Source: Chloroflexota bacterium (GTDB taxonomy: Bacteria > Chloroflexota > Limnocylindria > Limnocylindrales > CSP1-4). From it: a DNA stretch of 64,000 nucleotides. The translations under genes and the position numbers were made by a program. The DNA lies in the NCBI GenBank assembly GCA_046328155.1, contig JAXLXC010000003.1, forward strand, positions 55,873 to 119,872. The letters run 5' to 3'. Below the pieces are notes generated by a model. The model made no database searches. It saw only the letters and a program-made list of their open reading frames with translations, and was not told where the DNA came from. This document shows, piece after piece, positions 49,856-59,970 of this stretch. Every line of letters begins with the position of its first letter. Positions within the stretch are counted from its first letter, which is position 1.

Positions 49856-51541
49856 TCAGGGGGCGGCGATCACCCCTGCCAGCATGCGCCGCGTGGTGGG
49901 CGCCGTGATGGGTCGCCAGCGCGTGGACAGGCTGCGCCGGTACGCCGCCACGACGGCCTCCCGGCTCGCCAGATACCCGACGACGGCTGCCCGCGAGGCG
50001 GCCGACAGGCGTGGGCCCTGGGTCATCAGGTGCTCGCGTGCCAGGTGGGCGGCGAGGTCGGCGTCGTTCAGGACGCCCAGATGGTCCTGGAGGGCCGTGA
50101 CCCGGGCGATGAGGTCACCCGCCGCGGCCGGCAGCACCTCGCGGAACGACTCCAGGGTGTAGCGCAGCCGCTTGGCATCGATGCGCACCGCGTGGAGCGC
50201 CGGGATGTCGGCCCAGCCCAGGATCGCCTCGTGGGCGCGCAGATGCTCGTAGGCCGCCCAGATCCGCCCGCCCGCGGTGTGTCGCACCTGCACGGGGCTT
50301 CCGGGCGGCAGCACCTGCTCGGCCACGTCGGGGCCCTCCGTGAACTCCAGGTAGTCGCTCACGAAGTCCTGGTATCGCCGGGAGTCCAGCAGGTCGAGGA
50401 GGTCGCGCCGTGCGTCCTCGCGTCGTCCGACCAGCTCCTCGACCAGGGGTCGCAGCGCCGTGCCTGGTTCGCCCTCCCCGGCGGCTCGCACCACGCGCGC
50501 CGCCTCGGCGGACCCCGCCCATGTCCGGAGCGCCTCGAGCTGGACGTCGAGGTCGCGCACGGTGCCCAGGGCTGCCGCGACCATGCGCAGCTCCCGGACG
50601 TATCGCCGCTGGACCTTGGGTCGGTAGGCGCCGTCGAACACGCGCCAGACCGACCGCATCCGACGGGTCGCCACGCGCATCCGATGGAGCTCCTCGATGT
50701 CGGCGCCCTCCCGGGTGCCCTCCTCGGCGGCGAGCATCCGCGCGAGGTGCATCCGAAGCACCTTGCGGCCCGCCTCCGCGAGCGTGTCGTCCGCGACCAC
50801 GCCGGGTGTCTTGGGAACGCGTGGCAGGCGTCGGCGTCGTTCCTCGGCGCGCTCCCGATCGACCAGGGCGCGGGCCTGTGCCTCCTTGGAGCGTCCGGCG
50901 GGCGTCACCAGCCCGGTCGCCGTGAGGGCTCGGGCGATGCCCGACAGCAGGTCGAGCGAGCCACCCGTGGATTCGACCTCCAGCTCGGCGAAGGCCCCCA
51001 CGACGCTCCGGCCGGCGATGACGCGCACCTCGTCGAGGGACAGCTGGGCGGCGCCCTCGGGGCCGCTCACGTCACGGACCTCGCGCACCTGGCGGACGGT
51101 GAACAGGCCTCGCAGCCGCGCCGCGCCGCGCAGCTCGTCGATGAGCTCCCGCGCGGGCGACGACGGCCAGGTGCCTGGGTCCAGTCGGCTGCTCGCGGGT
51201 GCCTCGAGCTCGATTCGCCGGTGGACGGCCTCGTCGGCATCCCCGGTGGCTGGGACCTCCTCCGCACCCTCCAGCTCGTCCGGGGAGAGCGACTTGACGG
51301 TCACCAGGTGCCGACCGCCCACGCGTCGGAGCCGAGCACCGAAGCCATGGTGCCGAAGGGCCTCGCGCGCCGTGTCGAAGTAGCGGTCCTCGACCGCCTT
51401 GGTGCGCGCCGGCCCCAGCTCGGCCTGGGGCAGCGCCTCGGCCCAGCCCGTGTCCAGCCACGCCCGAAGCGCGGCGACATCCGGGACGCGGTACTTGAGC
51501 TCGACCTCGTGCGGCACCGCGGATACCGGGATGTCGGTCAC
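49856..51541 (-). CDS. CYTH + CHAD domain protein (triphosphate-tunnel metalloenzyme fused to a polyphosphate-associated CHAD domain)
   Basis: The N-terminus ...HEVELKYRV... is the CYTH EXEXK motif. The C-terminal half has a CHAD-like helical region (...EELHRMRVATRRMRSVWRVF...LRDLDVQLEAL...). The start is uncertain (GTG near 51541). It lies downstream of ppk. Confidence 0.75.
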   Translation of the reverse strand: MTDIPVSAVPHEVELKYRVPDVAALRAWLDTGWAEALPQAELGPARTKAVEDRYFDTAREALRHHGFGARLRRVGGRHLVTVKSLSPDELEGAEEVPATGDADEAVHRRIELEAPASSRLDPGTWPSSPARELIDELRGAARLRGLFTVRQVREVRDVSGPEGAAQLSLDEVRVIAGRSVVGAFAELEVESTGGSLDLLSGIARALTATGLVTPAGRSKEAQARALVDRERAEERRRRLPRVPKTPGVVADDTLAEAGRKVLRMHLARMLAAEEGTREGADIEELHRMRVATRRMRSVWRVFDGAYRPKVQRRYVRELRMVAAALGTVRDLDVQLEALRTWAGSAEAARVVRAAGEGEPGTALRPLVEELVGRREDARRDLLDLLDSRRYQDFVSDYLEFTEGPDVAEQVLPPGSPVQVRHTAGGRIWAAYEHLRAHEAILGWADIPALHAVRIDAKRLRYTLESFREVLPAAAGDLIARVTALQDHLGVLNDADLAAHLAREHLMTQGPRLSAASRAAVVGYLASREAVVAAYRRSLSTRWRPITAPTTRRMLAGVIAAP

Positions 51542-51552
51542 GGGCCCGGGGC

Positions 51553-53652
51553 TCAGGGTGCTGGGTACTGGTCGGCGCGGGCCGCCGCCAGGCCCGCCAG
51601 CACCTGGAACGTGTCGAGCGCCGACGGCGTCTCGACCAGCGACTCCACGCGTCGCCATTCGCCATCCGCATCGAGGCTCCACGCACGCCGGTCGTCACGC
51701 AGCATCACCTGCAGGATGGTCCGCAGCCGATCCTGGAGCGCCGGCTCGTCGACGGGCACCAGTGCCTCCACCCGCCGGTCGAGGTTGCGCTCCATCATGT
51801 CCGCCGAGCCGATGAGGAATCGCTCCCGCTCCCCGGCGCCGAAGCACAGGATCCGCGAGTGCTCGAGGAAGCGGCCGATGATCGAGCGCACCGAGATGGT
51901 CTGGCTGACGCCGGCCTTGCCGGGGACCAGCGAGCACATGCCCCGGATGATGAGGTCGACGGGCACGCCGGCCTGGCTCGCCCCATAGAGCGCGTCGATG
52001 ATTCCCGGGTCGACGATGGAGTTGACCTTCATCACGATCCGGCCGTCCCCATGCTCCCGATGCCGCTCGACCTCCCCGGCGATGAGCTGCAGGATTCCGC
52101 TGCGCAGGCTCACGGGCGCCACCAGCAGCCGCCGATACGCATCCTTGCGCGCCACCCCCGTGAGCACGTTGAACAGGTCCGTGACGTCCGCGGTCAGCGT
52201 GGAGTCGTCGGTGAGCAGGCCCAGGTCCGTGTAGACGCGGGCGGTCTTGGGGTTGTAGTTGCCGGTCCCGATGTGCGCGTAGGTGCGCAGCCCGCGTCCC
52301 TCGCGGCGCACCACGAGCGCGGCCTTGCAATGGGTCTTGAGCCCCGGCAGGCCGTATGCGACGTGCGCTCCCACGCGCTCCAGGGCGCGTGCCCAGACGA
52401 TGTTGGCGCGCTCGTCGAAGCGGGCCTTGAGCTCCACCATCACCACGACCTGCTTGCCGTCCTCGGCCGCGTCGATGAGCGCGCGGACGATGGGCGAGTC
52501 GCCGCTGGTGCGGTACAGCGTCATCTTGATGGACAGCACGTCCGGGTCCTCGGCCGCCTGCTCGATGAACCGCTGGACCGAGCCTGCGAACGACTCGTAC
52601 GGGTGATGGACCAGCAGGTCCCCGGCCCGGATCGCGGCGAACACGTCGGGCTGGTCGGTGTTGACGGGCACCAGGCGCGGCGGCTGCACGGGGTGGAACG
52701 GCTCGGCCTGGAGATGGGGCACGTCCAGGTCGGCGATGGCCACGAGCGCCGACAGGTCGAGCGTGCCCGCGATCTCGTAGACGTCGGAGGGCTCCAGGCC
52801 GAGGCCCTTCTGGAGCAGCGAGCGGGTCTGCCACGGCATCGAGCGCTCCACCTCGAGCCGGACCACCTTGCCGAAGCGACGCTTGTTGAGCTCCTCCTCC
52901 ATGGCCAGCAGCAGGTCGTCCGCCTCGTCCTCCTCGACCGAGATGTCGGCGTTGCGGGTGACCCGGAACAGATGGTGGTCGCGGATCTCCATCCCCGGGA
53001 ACAGGGTGTCCAGGTTGGCCGCGATGATCTGCTCCACGAGGATGTAGGTGCGGGTGCCCACCTCCCACAGCCGGGGCAGCAGCGGTGGCACCTTGATCCG
53101 CGCGAAGCGGTCCTCGCCCTCGCTCGGGTCCCGGACGGTCACGGCCAGCGACAGCGACAGGTCGCTGATGTACGGGAACGGGTGCGATGGGTCGACGGCG
53201 AGCGGGGTCAGCACCGGGAAGATCTCGTCGAGGAAGCGCTGCCGCAGCTCCAGCTGCCGCTCGGGGCGCTCCTGGTAGGGGACGATCCGGATGCCCTCCT
53301 CGGCGAGCTGGTCGCGGATCCGCAGCCAGATGCTGGAGTGGACCGACTGGAGCTGGAGCACGCGGTCACGGATCCGCTCGAGCACCTGCGGCGCCGCCAG
53401 CCCGTCGGGCGACGGCCACGAGTGCCCGGCCGCGACCTGCTGCTTGAGCCCGGCGACGCGCACTTGGAAGAACTCGTCCAGGTTGGTCGCGAAGATGGAC
53501 AGGAAGCGGACCCGCTCCAGGAGCGGGTTCCGCTCGTCCTGCGCCTCGAACAGGACGCGAGCGTTGAACTCGAGCCACGAGAGCTCGCGGTTGATGTACG
53601 GGGAGCGGCTGACCGTCCGACCGGCCCGTCGGCGGGGGGGGCGACTGATCAT
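51553..53652 (-). CDS. ppk: Polyphosphate kinase 1
   Basis: 699 aa from the ATG at 53652: MISRPPRRRAGRTVSRSPYINRELSWLEFNARVLFEAQDERNPLLERVRFLSIFATNLDEFFQVRVAGLK..., the canonical PPK1 sequence. Confidence 0.9.
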   Translation of the reverse strand: MISRPPRRRAGRTVSRSPYINRELSWLEFNARVLFEAQDERNPLLERVRFLSIFATNLDEFFQVRVAGLKQQVAAGHSWPSPDGLAAPQVLERIRDRVLQLQSVHSSIWLRIRDQLAEEGIRIVPYQERPERQLELRQRFLDEIFPVLTPLAVDPSHPFPYISDLSLSLAVTVRDPSEGEDRFARIKVPPLLPRLWEVGTRTYILVEQIIAANLDTLFPGMEIRDHHLFRVTRNADISVEEDEADDLLLAMEEELNKRRFGKVVRLEVERSMPWQTRSLLQKGLGLEPSDVYEIAGTLDLSALVAIADLDVPHLQAEPFHPVQPPRLVPVNTDQPDVFAAIRAGDLLVHHPYESFAGSVQRFIEQAAEDPDVLSIKMTLYRTSGDSPIVRALIDAAEDGKQVVVMVELKARFDERANIVWARALERVGAHVAYGLPGLKTHCKAALVVRREGRGLRTYAHIGTGNYNPKTARVYTDLGLLTDDSTLTADVTDLFNVLTGVARKDAYRRLLVAPVSLRSGILQLIAGEVERHREHGDGRIVMKVNSIVDPGIIDALYGASQAGVPVDLIIRGMCSLVPGKAGVSQTISVRSIIGRFLEHSRILCFGAGERERFLIGSADMMERNLDRRVEALVPVDEPALQDRLRTILQVMLRDDRRAWSLDADGEWRRVESLVETPSALDTFQVLAGLAAARADQYPAP

Positions 53653-53728
53653 GGTGGCCACGGGGGTTGTGCTCTCGCTCAGGACCGCGGGGTCACGCGG
53701 AGGGTGCCAGAGACTAGCATGCGTCCGC

Positions 53729-54153
53729 TCACGGGCGACCGTGGCCGGCATGGGGCTGGGCTGCGCGACGCGCGACATCCTCGGGGCAGGGACAGGCCTC
53801 CCGCAGGAGGCCGAAGGTGTAGTACCCGGTGTGATGGCCGTCCGCCCACGTGGGCGCCAACGCATACTGGCCCACCAGGGCGAGGTCGGTGAGCGTCACC
53901 TGCGCCTCCGTGAGCGTGGGGTTCGAGTCGAGCCAGCCGGGTTGCCCCGCCTCGCCTCGGCAGAACGCGCACGGGCACATCCAGCGCAGCTGCTCGAAGC
54001 CATAGCTGGTGCGGTGCCCGTCGGCCCACTCGATGTCCAGGGTGCGGCCCGCGCGGTCCGCATGGATGCGGCCGGGTCGCTGGTACTCGCCGCCCGTGAC
54101 ATAGCTGCTCACGCGCCGATTCTGGCATCTCCGGGGCCAAGGCCGGGTGACGC
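53729..54153 (-). CDS. DUF971-family protein
   Basis: GTG start. ...TLDIEWADGHRTSYGFEQLRWMCPCAFCRGE...YALAPTWADGHHTGYYTFGLLREACPC... (duplicated W.DGH / CPC motif). Upstream of ppk in the same orientation. Confidence 0.6.
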
Positions 54154-54227
54154 CTCCGCCCGTACACTTGCATCGATGGGTCGACGAGTCGCGCCCGGCG
54201 AGCGCCGACCGCGCACCGAGGACTTCC

Positions 54228-56333
54228 ATGAGTCGTGCTCCGCGCCCGGATGACCTGCACCAGCTGCGCGTCCCGCTCGATGCGATGCCGTCGCCCGACG
54301 GTCGTCGCATCTGCCTCACGGTCAAGGAGGCTGCTCCCGACCGGGACGGCCATCGCACCTCGCTGTGGCTGGTGCCCACCGATGGCTCCGCCGCCGAGCG
54401 CCGCCTGACGCTGGGGGCGCGACGCGACGCCTCGCCCCGCTGGAGCCCCGACGGCTCGACGATCGCGTTCCTCAGCGACCGCGGCGCGGTGCTCGCCAAG
54501 GGCGGGGCGAGCGACCAGCCGACCGTGCCGCAGTCGGCAGCGCAGGAGGGTCATGGCGAGGTCCAGGTCTGGCTGCTGCCCACCGACGGGGGCGAGGCGC
54601 GCCAGCTGACGCGCCTGCCCGAGGACGTCCAGGACATCGCATGGTCGCCCGACGGCTCGCAGCTGTGCCTGGTCAGCGCCGCCGTCGACGAGCGACGGCC
54701 CCGGCCGGACGCTGCGGCACCCCGACGGGATGCCCGGATCGTGGACCGCCTGATGTACCAGCTGAACGGGCAGGGCTTCATCGGCGACCGCGCCCAGAAC
54801 CTGTGGCTCGTGCGTGTCGCCGACGGCGCGCTCCGACGGCTCACGTCCGGGGCGTCCCACGACCGCCAGCCCGCGTGGAGCCCCGACGGGACGAGCGTCG
54901 CGTTCGTCTCGGACCGCCATGCCAACCCCGACCTGTCGTGGCGATCGGACGTCTACGTGGTGCCCGCCGAGGGGGGCCGCGTGCGTCGCGTGACCGGCGG
55001 GCGAGGCGAGCGCGTGTTCGACGAGCCCACGTGGTCCCCTGACGGCCGCGAGATCGCGGCCACGGGTCATCGCTACCGACGCGCCAACGCCTCGTCGACG
55101 GGCGTGTGGGTGTTCGACGCCGCCACCGAGACCGAGGGGACCGAGCTGGTGGGCGACGACCTGCTGGACGCAGGGGCGGGCATGAACTCGGACCTCTCGG
55201 GGATCCCGGCGCCGGCAGTCGCGTGGGGGCCGGACGGTGCATGGCTCCTGTTCGGCGCACCGGTCGAGGGTTCCTACGAGCTGTGGCGAGCCCATCGGGA
55301 CGGCACGCCCGCCGAGCGACTGACGCACGGCCAGCACGTCATCGGCCGGCCCGAGGCGGTGACGACCGATGCCGGGCTGCGCGTCGCGGTCATCGTCGGC
55401 GACGCGGTGACCCCCTGGGAGGTGGGCGTGCTCGACGTGCCCCCGCCGACGCGGCGCCGCGGGCGGGGCGGGACGCCGGTCGTGCGGACGCTCACCGGGC
55501 TGATGGCCGCCTGGGCCGACATCGACCTCGTGACGCCGGTCGCCCGCTGGCACGAGACCGATGGGCGGCGAATCCAGGGCTGGCTGCTGGAGGCGCCCCG
55601 CCGCGATGGCCGTCCGGCACCCCTGGTGGTCGAGATCCACGGCGGACCGGCGACGCTCTACGGCTGGGCCCTCATGTGGGAATGGCAGTGTCTGGTGGCG
55701 GCTGGCATCAGCGTCTATGCCTGCAACCCGCGGGGATCGCAGGGCTACGGCGAGGAGCTGTGCTACGCCAACATGGGCGACTGGGGCGACGGACCCATGG
55801 CCGACGTGATGGCCGGCGTGGACGCCCTCGTCGCCGACGGGCTGGCCGACCCCGAGCGACTGGGCGTCACCGGTGGCTCGTACGGCGGCTACCTGACGGC
55901 CTGGATCGTGGGCCACACCCAGCGGTTTGCGGCCGCCGTCAGCTGCCGGGGCGTGTACGACCTGACGTCGCAGATGCTGAGCGGTGACATCGGCGGGCCC
56001 ACCTTCGGGCGATACGAGTTCGGGGTCCATCCCTGGGAGGACCCCGACCTGTACCGACGCCACAGCCCGCTGAGCTATGCGGACCAGATGCGCACGCCGC
56101 TGCTCATCCAGCATGCCGAGAACGACCTGCGCTGCCCCATCACGCAGGCCGAGGAGCTGTTCTCGACCCTCCGCTCGATGCGCCGGCCCGTCAGGCTCAT
56201 GCGGACCCCCGGGGAGTCCCACGAGCTGACCCGCTCGGGCACGCCATACCGTCGGGTGGAGAACCTGGAGCGGATCCGCGACTGGTTCGTCCATTACCTG
56301 GTCGAGGGCAAGCGGGGGCTCCCGCCGGCGTGA
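54228..56333 (+). CDS. S9-family serine peptidase (prolyl oligopeptidase/acylaminoacyl-peptidase-like; beta-propeller + alpha/beta hydrolase)
   Basis: WSPDG-type propeller repeats (RWSPDGSTIAF, AWSPDGSQL, AWSPDGTSVAF, TWSPDGREIA). C-terminal catalytic domain with the GGSYGGY nucleophile elbow. Confidence 0.8.
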   Translation: MSRAPRPDDLHQLRVPLDAMPSPDGRRICLTVKEAAPDRDGHRTSLWLVPTDGSAAERRLTLGARRDASPRWSPDGSTIAFLSDRGAVLAKGGASDQPTVPQSAAQEGHGEVQVWLLPTDGGEARQLTRLPEDVQDIAWSPDGSQLCLVSAAVDERRPRPDAAAPRRDARIVDRLMYQLNGQGFIGDRAQNLWLVRVADGALRRLTSGASHDRQPAWSPDGTSVAFVSDRHANPDLSWRSDVYVVPAEGGRVRRVTGGRGERVFDEPTWSPDGREIAATGHRYRRANASSTGVWVFDAATETEGTELVGDDLLDAGAGMNSDLSGIPAPAVAWGPDGAWLLFGAPVEGSYELWRAHRDGTPAERLTHGQHVIGRPEAVTTDAGLRVAVIVGDAVTPWEVGVLDVPPPTRRRGRGGTPVVRTLTGLMAAWADIDLVTPVARWHETDGRRIQGWLLEAPRRDGRPAPLVVEIHGGPATLYGWALMWEWQCLVAAGISVYACNPRGSQGYGEELCYANMGDWGDGPMADVMAGVDALVADGLADPERLGVTGGSYGGYLTAWIVGHTQRFAAAVSCRGVYDLTSQMLSGDIGGPTFGRYEFGVHPWEDPDLYRRHSPLSYADQMRTPLLIQHAENDLRCPITQAEELFSTLRSMRRPVRLMRTPGESHELTRSGTPYRRVENLERIRDWFVHYLVEGKRGLPPA

Positions 56334-57310
56334 GCGCGCCCGCCGCCGCCATCGACATCGGGTCCAACAGCGTCCATCTCCTGGTCGCCCGACCAGGGGC
56401 CGATGGCGCGCCCGCGACCCTGCTCGACGTCAGCCACCAGGCTGGCGTGGGGCTGCATGTCGATGCCACGGGCGAGCTGGGATCGATGCTGCGCTGGAGC
56501 GTCGTCACGACGCTCGTCGACTACGTCGCGCAGGCGCGCGCGGCGGGCGCCATGGACGTCGTCATCGTGGGCACGGAGGCGATGCGCCGGGCCGGCGACG
56601 CGACCCTGCTCGCCGAGGAGCTGAAGGACGAGACGGGTCTGACGGCCACCGTCCTCGACAGGGTCACGGAGGGCCTCCTGACCATGCTCGGCGTGACGGG
56701 CGGCCGGATCCCCGGGTCCCTCGCCGTCGTGGACATCGGCGGGGGCTCGACCCAGGTGACGGTGGCCCACCCGGATGGCCCGCCGGTGGTCGGCCTCCTG
56801 CCGGCGGGCTCGGCGCGGCTCGCGGCACGCCATGTCCACAGCGACCCCATCATCGACGAGGAGGTCGCCTCGCTCCGGCTCGCCGCGCGCGAGCTCGTGG
56901 CGGGCCTGGACGTGCCGTACGTCGAGCGGGCGATCGTGGCCGGCGGCTCGGGCACCAACGTGCCGCGCCTGCTGGGTCGTGAGCGCACGACCCCCGTGGA
57001 CCGCGCGACCATTCGCGATTCGCTGACGCTGCTGCGCGAGCACCCGGCCGCCGACCTCGCGGAGCGCACGGGCCTCACGCCCCGGCGCGTGGCCCAGCTC
57101 GCGGCGGGGCTGGCCATCGGCGAGGCCCTCCTCGACCACCTGGGCCTCGACGTCGCGGAGGTCTCGGACGCAAGCCTTCGCGACGGGCTGCTGATCGCCA
57201 CGTGGGACGCGGGCGCCGACTGGCTGCGCGCGTTGCCAGGCATCATCGCCAGCCGTTCCAGCCGCGACGCGGCCGACCGCGCCGCCGATGCGCGCGACGG
57301 GGCATCATGA
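56330..57310 (+). CDS. Ppx/GppA-family phosphatase (exopolyphosphatase / pppGpp phosphohydrolase)
   Basis: GTG start overlapping the upstream stop. IDIGSNSVHLLVA...VVDIGGGSTQV actin-like ATPase motifs. Confidence 0.75.
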   Translation: MSAPAAAIDIGSNSVHLLVARPGADGAPATLLDVSHQAGVGLHVDATGELGSMLRWSVVTTLVDYVAQARAAGAMDVVIVGTEAMRRAGDATLLAEELKDETGLTATVLDRVTEGLLTMLGVTGGRIPGSLAVVDIGGGSTQVTVAHPDGPPVVGLLPAGSARLAARHVHSDPIIDEEVASLRLAARELVAGLDVPYVERAIVAGGSGTNVPRLLGRERTTPVDRATIRDSLTLLREHPAADLAERTGLTPRRVAQLAAGLAIGEALLDHLGLDVAEVSDASLRDGLLIATWDAGADWLRALPGIIASRSSRDAADRAADARDGAS

Positions 57311-58301
57311 GCGTCTCATCGGACCATCATCGCCCGGGGCGGGCGTCTCAGGGGACATGGTGGACCTGCCGTTGCCCGCGACATCCGATCGGCTGACCAG
57401 GGGCCTCGCGCCCTGGCACCGGCACATCCGGCTGCTCCTGGCCATCGCGGGCGTGGCGGCCCTCGTGGGCTTCGTGGTCGCGGTCGTGGTGTCTGGCCCG
57501 GCGTCCCGGCCCTTCGCGCTCGATGGCTTCGGCTTCGACACCCGCTCCTATTGGGGGCTCCGCTCGCCCATCTATCCGGGACCCGGGACCGACGACGGCT
57601 ACGGCTTCTATCGCTACTCGCCCGTGTTCCTGCCCCTGATGGCGATGTTCGCCTACCTCCCGTGGCCCGTCTTCGCAGCGTCGTGGATCGTCATCCAGGC
57701 GGCAGCGTTCGTGTGGCTGGCGGGGGACCATCGCTGGCAGGCGCTCGCGTTCGTGCCCGTGCTGTTCGAGCTGTACCTGGGCAACATCCACCTGCTCCTC
57801 GCGGTGGCCGTGGTGTTGGGGTTCCGATGGCCCGCGACGTGGACGTTCGTGCTGCTCACCAAGATCACGCCCGGCGTTGGGCTGCTGTGGTTCGCAGTCC
57901 GTCGCGAGTGGCGCTCGCTCGGCATCGCCGTGGGCGCGACGCTTGCCGTCACGATCGTGGGCGTGCTCGTGGCGCCCCACGCGTGGACCGACTGGTACCA
58001 ATCGCTGCGCGTGACCGGGCCCGCGACGGGCACCAACCAGGTTGCCCTGCCCCTCCCCGTGCGACTCCTCGCGGGGGCGCTGCTGGTCGTCTGGGGCGCT
58101 CGGACCAACCGGCGCTGGACCGTTGTCGTGGCCGCGACGCTGGGTCTGCCCACGCTGTGGTTCCACGGGCTCGCGATGCTCATGGGCGTCGTGGCGCTCC
58201 ACAACGGCCAGCCCGAGCGCACGGCGCGGATCGTCGAGCGGATGCGCGAGCGTCTGGGGGCCGCCTACGGGAGCGCCCGGACCGGTGCCTTCGGCAGCTG
58301 A
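57288..58301 (+). CDS. Polytopic membrane protein (DUF2029 / GT87-like glycosyltransferase family)
   Basis: Eight or more hydrophobic segments, with W/Y-rich periplasmic loops (YRYSPVFLPLMAMFAYLPWPVFAASWIVIQAAAFVWLAG...). The start is probably the internal ATG at 57357 (MVDLPLP...). Confidence 0.55.
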   Translation: MRATGHHERLIGPSSPGAGVSGDMVDLPLPATSDRLTRGLAPWHRHIRLLLAIAGVAALVGFVVAVVVSGPASRPFALDGFGFDTRSYWGLRSPIYPGPGTDDGYGFYRYSPVFLPLMAMFAYLPWPVFAASWIVIQAAAFVWLAGDHRWQALAFVPVLFELYLGNIHLLLAVAVVLGFRWPATWTFVLLTKITPGVGLLWFAVRREWRSLGIAVGATLAVTIVGVLVAPHAWTDWYQSLRVTGPATGTNQVALPLPVRLLAGALLVVWGARTNRRWTVVVAATLGLPTLWFHGLAMLMGVVALHNGQPERTARIVERMRERLGAAYGSARTGAFGS

Positions 58302-58341
58302 GTCGCTCGGCCGGGTGGCCGCGGCGCGCTAGGATGCATGC

Positions 58342-59325
58342 GTGAGCCGGGTCCTCGACGCAGCCAGCCCAGACCATGCGGCCGACGCCGCTGCGCTGGT
58401 TCGTGCGTGGATCGGTCGGGATGGCTCGCCCCGCTCGCTGCTCGACCGGATCGGGGGCGTGGACCAGGTGGGCGTCGTGGAGCGCGTGGGCGCGCTGCGC
58501 ACCCGCTCCATCAAGAAGGCGTCCAAGGTGTGGGCCCTGGAGATGGCCGTCCGGATGATGGACCTCACGACGCTCGAGGGGAAGGACACCCCGGGCAAGG
58601 TCCGAGGGCTGTGCGCCAAGGCCATCCGTCCCGACCCGGCCGACCCATCGATCCCGTCGGTGGCGGCGGTGTGCGTCTATCCCGCGCTGGTGGCGGGTGC
58701 CAGGGCCGCGCTGGCGGGGACGGGCATCCACGTGGCGAGCGTCGCCACGGGCTTCCCGTCGGGCCAGACCTTCACCGACATCAAGCTCGCCGAGGCCCGA
58801 GCGGCCGTCGCGGCGGGCGCCGACGAGGTGGACATGGTCATCGACCGCGGCGCGTTCCTGGCGGGCGACTTCGCCACCGTGTTCGACGAGATCGTGGCCG
58901 TCAAGGCGGCCAGCGGGCCCGCGCACCTCAAGGTCATCCTCGAGACGGGCGAGCTGGAGACGTTCGACAACGTGCGGCGCGCGAGCATCCTGGCCATGGC
59001 CGCCGGCGCGGACTTCATCAAGACCTCCACCGGCAAGGTCAGCCCCGCGGCGACGCTCCCCGTGACGCTCGTGATGCTGGAGGCCATCCGGGACTTCCAT
59101 CGTCGGACCGGCCGCATCGTGGGCATGAAGCCGGCGGGCGGCATCCGGACGGCCAAGGAGGCCATCCAGTATCTGGTGGTGCTGTACGAGACGCTCGGTC
59201 CCCGGTGGATGACGTCGGACCTGTTCCGCTTCGGTGCCTCGAGCCTGCTCAACGACGTCATCCAGCAGCTGCACAAGGAGCGCACGGGCCGCTACGACGG
59301 CCCCGACTACGTGACCCTCGACTGA
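58342..59325 (+). CDS. deoC: Deoxyribose-phosphate aldolase (long actinobacterial form)
   Basis: ...MDLTTLEGKDTPGKVRGLCAKA...VAAVCVYPALV...LKVILETGEL...ADFIKTSTGKVSPAATL..., the DeoC active-site lysine context. Confidence 0.85.
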   Translation: MSRVLDAASPDHAADAAALVRAWIGRDGSPRSLLDRIGGVDQVGVVERVGALRTRSIKKASKVWALEMAVRMMDLTTLEGKDTPGKVRGLCAKAIRPDPADPSIPSVAAVCVYPALVAGARAALAGTGIHVASVATGFPSGQTFTDIKLAEARAAVAAGADEVDMVIDRGAFLAGDFATVFDEIVAVKAASGPAHLKVILETGELETFDNVRRASILAMAAGADFIKTSTGKVSPAATLPVTLVMLEAIRDFHRRTGRIVGMKPAGGIRTAKEAIQYLVVLYETLGPRWMTSDLFRFGASSLLNDVIQQLHKERTGRYDGPDYVTLD

Positions 59326-59331
59326 CGCCGG

Positions 59332-59808
59332 TCAGCCGCGCGCGGCGAGCTCGTCGCGCACCGTGCGCACTGCCCCGTCGACGAGGTCCACGTGGGGGAT
59401 GCCCCCAACCTCGTCCAGCTCGAACCACGCGGCGGTCTCCGTCGACCCGTCGACCTCGAGCACCAGCTCGCCGGGCTCCGCCGTCACGCGATACAGGATG
59501 GCGATCCAATGGAGGGGCCCCGGGCGGCTGGCCGGCTTCTCGATGAGTCCCGACCAGACCATCACCACGCGCTCCCGGGTCCCGGCCAGCCCGGTCTCCT
59601 CGCGGAGCTCCCGCAGGACCGCGTCATCGGGGTGCTCGCCGTGGTCGACGCCACCACCCGGCAGGGTCCACCTGCCCGCGGCGGGGTAGCCCGGTGCGAT
59701 GCGACACAGCAGGATGCGGCTCGATTCGTCGGTCACGATGGCATACGCTCCCACCCTGATCCATGGGGCTGCCGGCGGGTCGGTCGGGGAGATGCTCACG
59801 GCTCGCAA
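59332..59808 (-). CDS. NUDIX hydrolase
   Basis: Nudix box GGGVDHGEHPDDAVLRELREETG. Confidence 0.8.
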   Translation of the reverse strand: MRAVSISPTDPPAAPWIRVGAYAIVTDESSRILLCRIAPGYPAAGRWTLPGGGVDHGEHPDDAVLRELREETGLAGTRERVVMVWSGLIEKPASRPGPLHWIAILYRVTAEPGELVLEVDGSTETAAWFELDEVGGIPHVDLVDGAVRTVRDELAARG

Positions 59809-59821
59809 GCGTATCGGCTCG

Positions 59822-59851
59822 TTGACACCCGTGCGGCGCCCTGCCTATGCT
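59822..59851 (+). promoter_or_regulatory. Sigma-70-like promoter candidate for the pot operon: TTGACA (59822-59827), 18-nt spacer, TATGCT (59846-59851)
   Basis: Read directly from the sequence, in the 160-nt gap between the divergent NUDIX and potA genes. Confidence 0.4.
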
Positions 59852-59970
59852 CGACAAGTCATCAGTCATCAGACGACTTCCGGAGTGGAGGCAGCCACCA
59901 GCATGCAGTCGGGGGTATCCCGCCAGGTGACCCGTCTCGAGGGACGGCCGGGTGTCGGCCGCCGTGCCGG

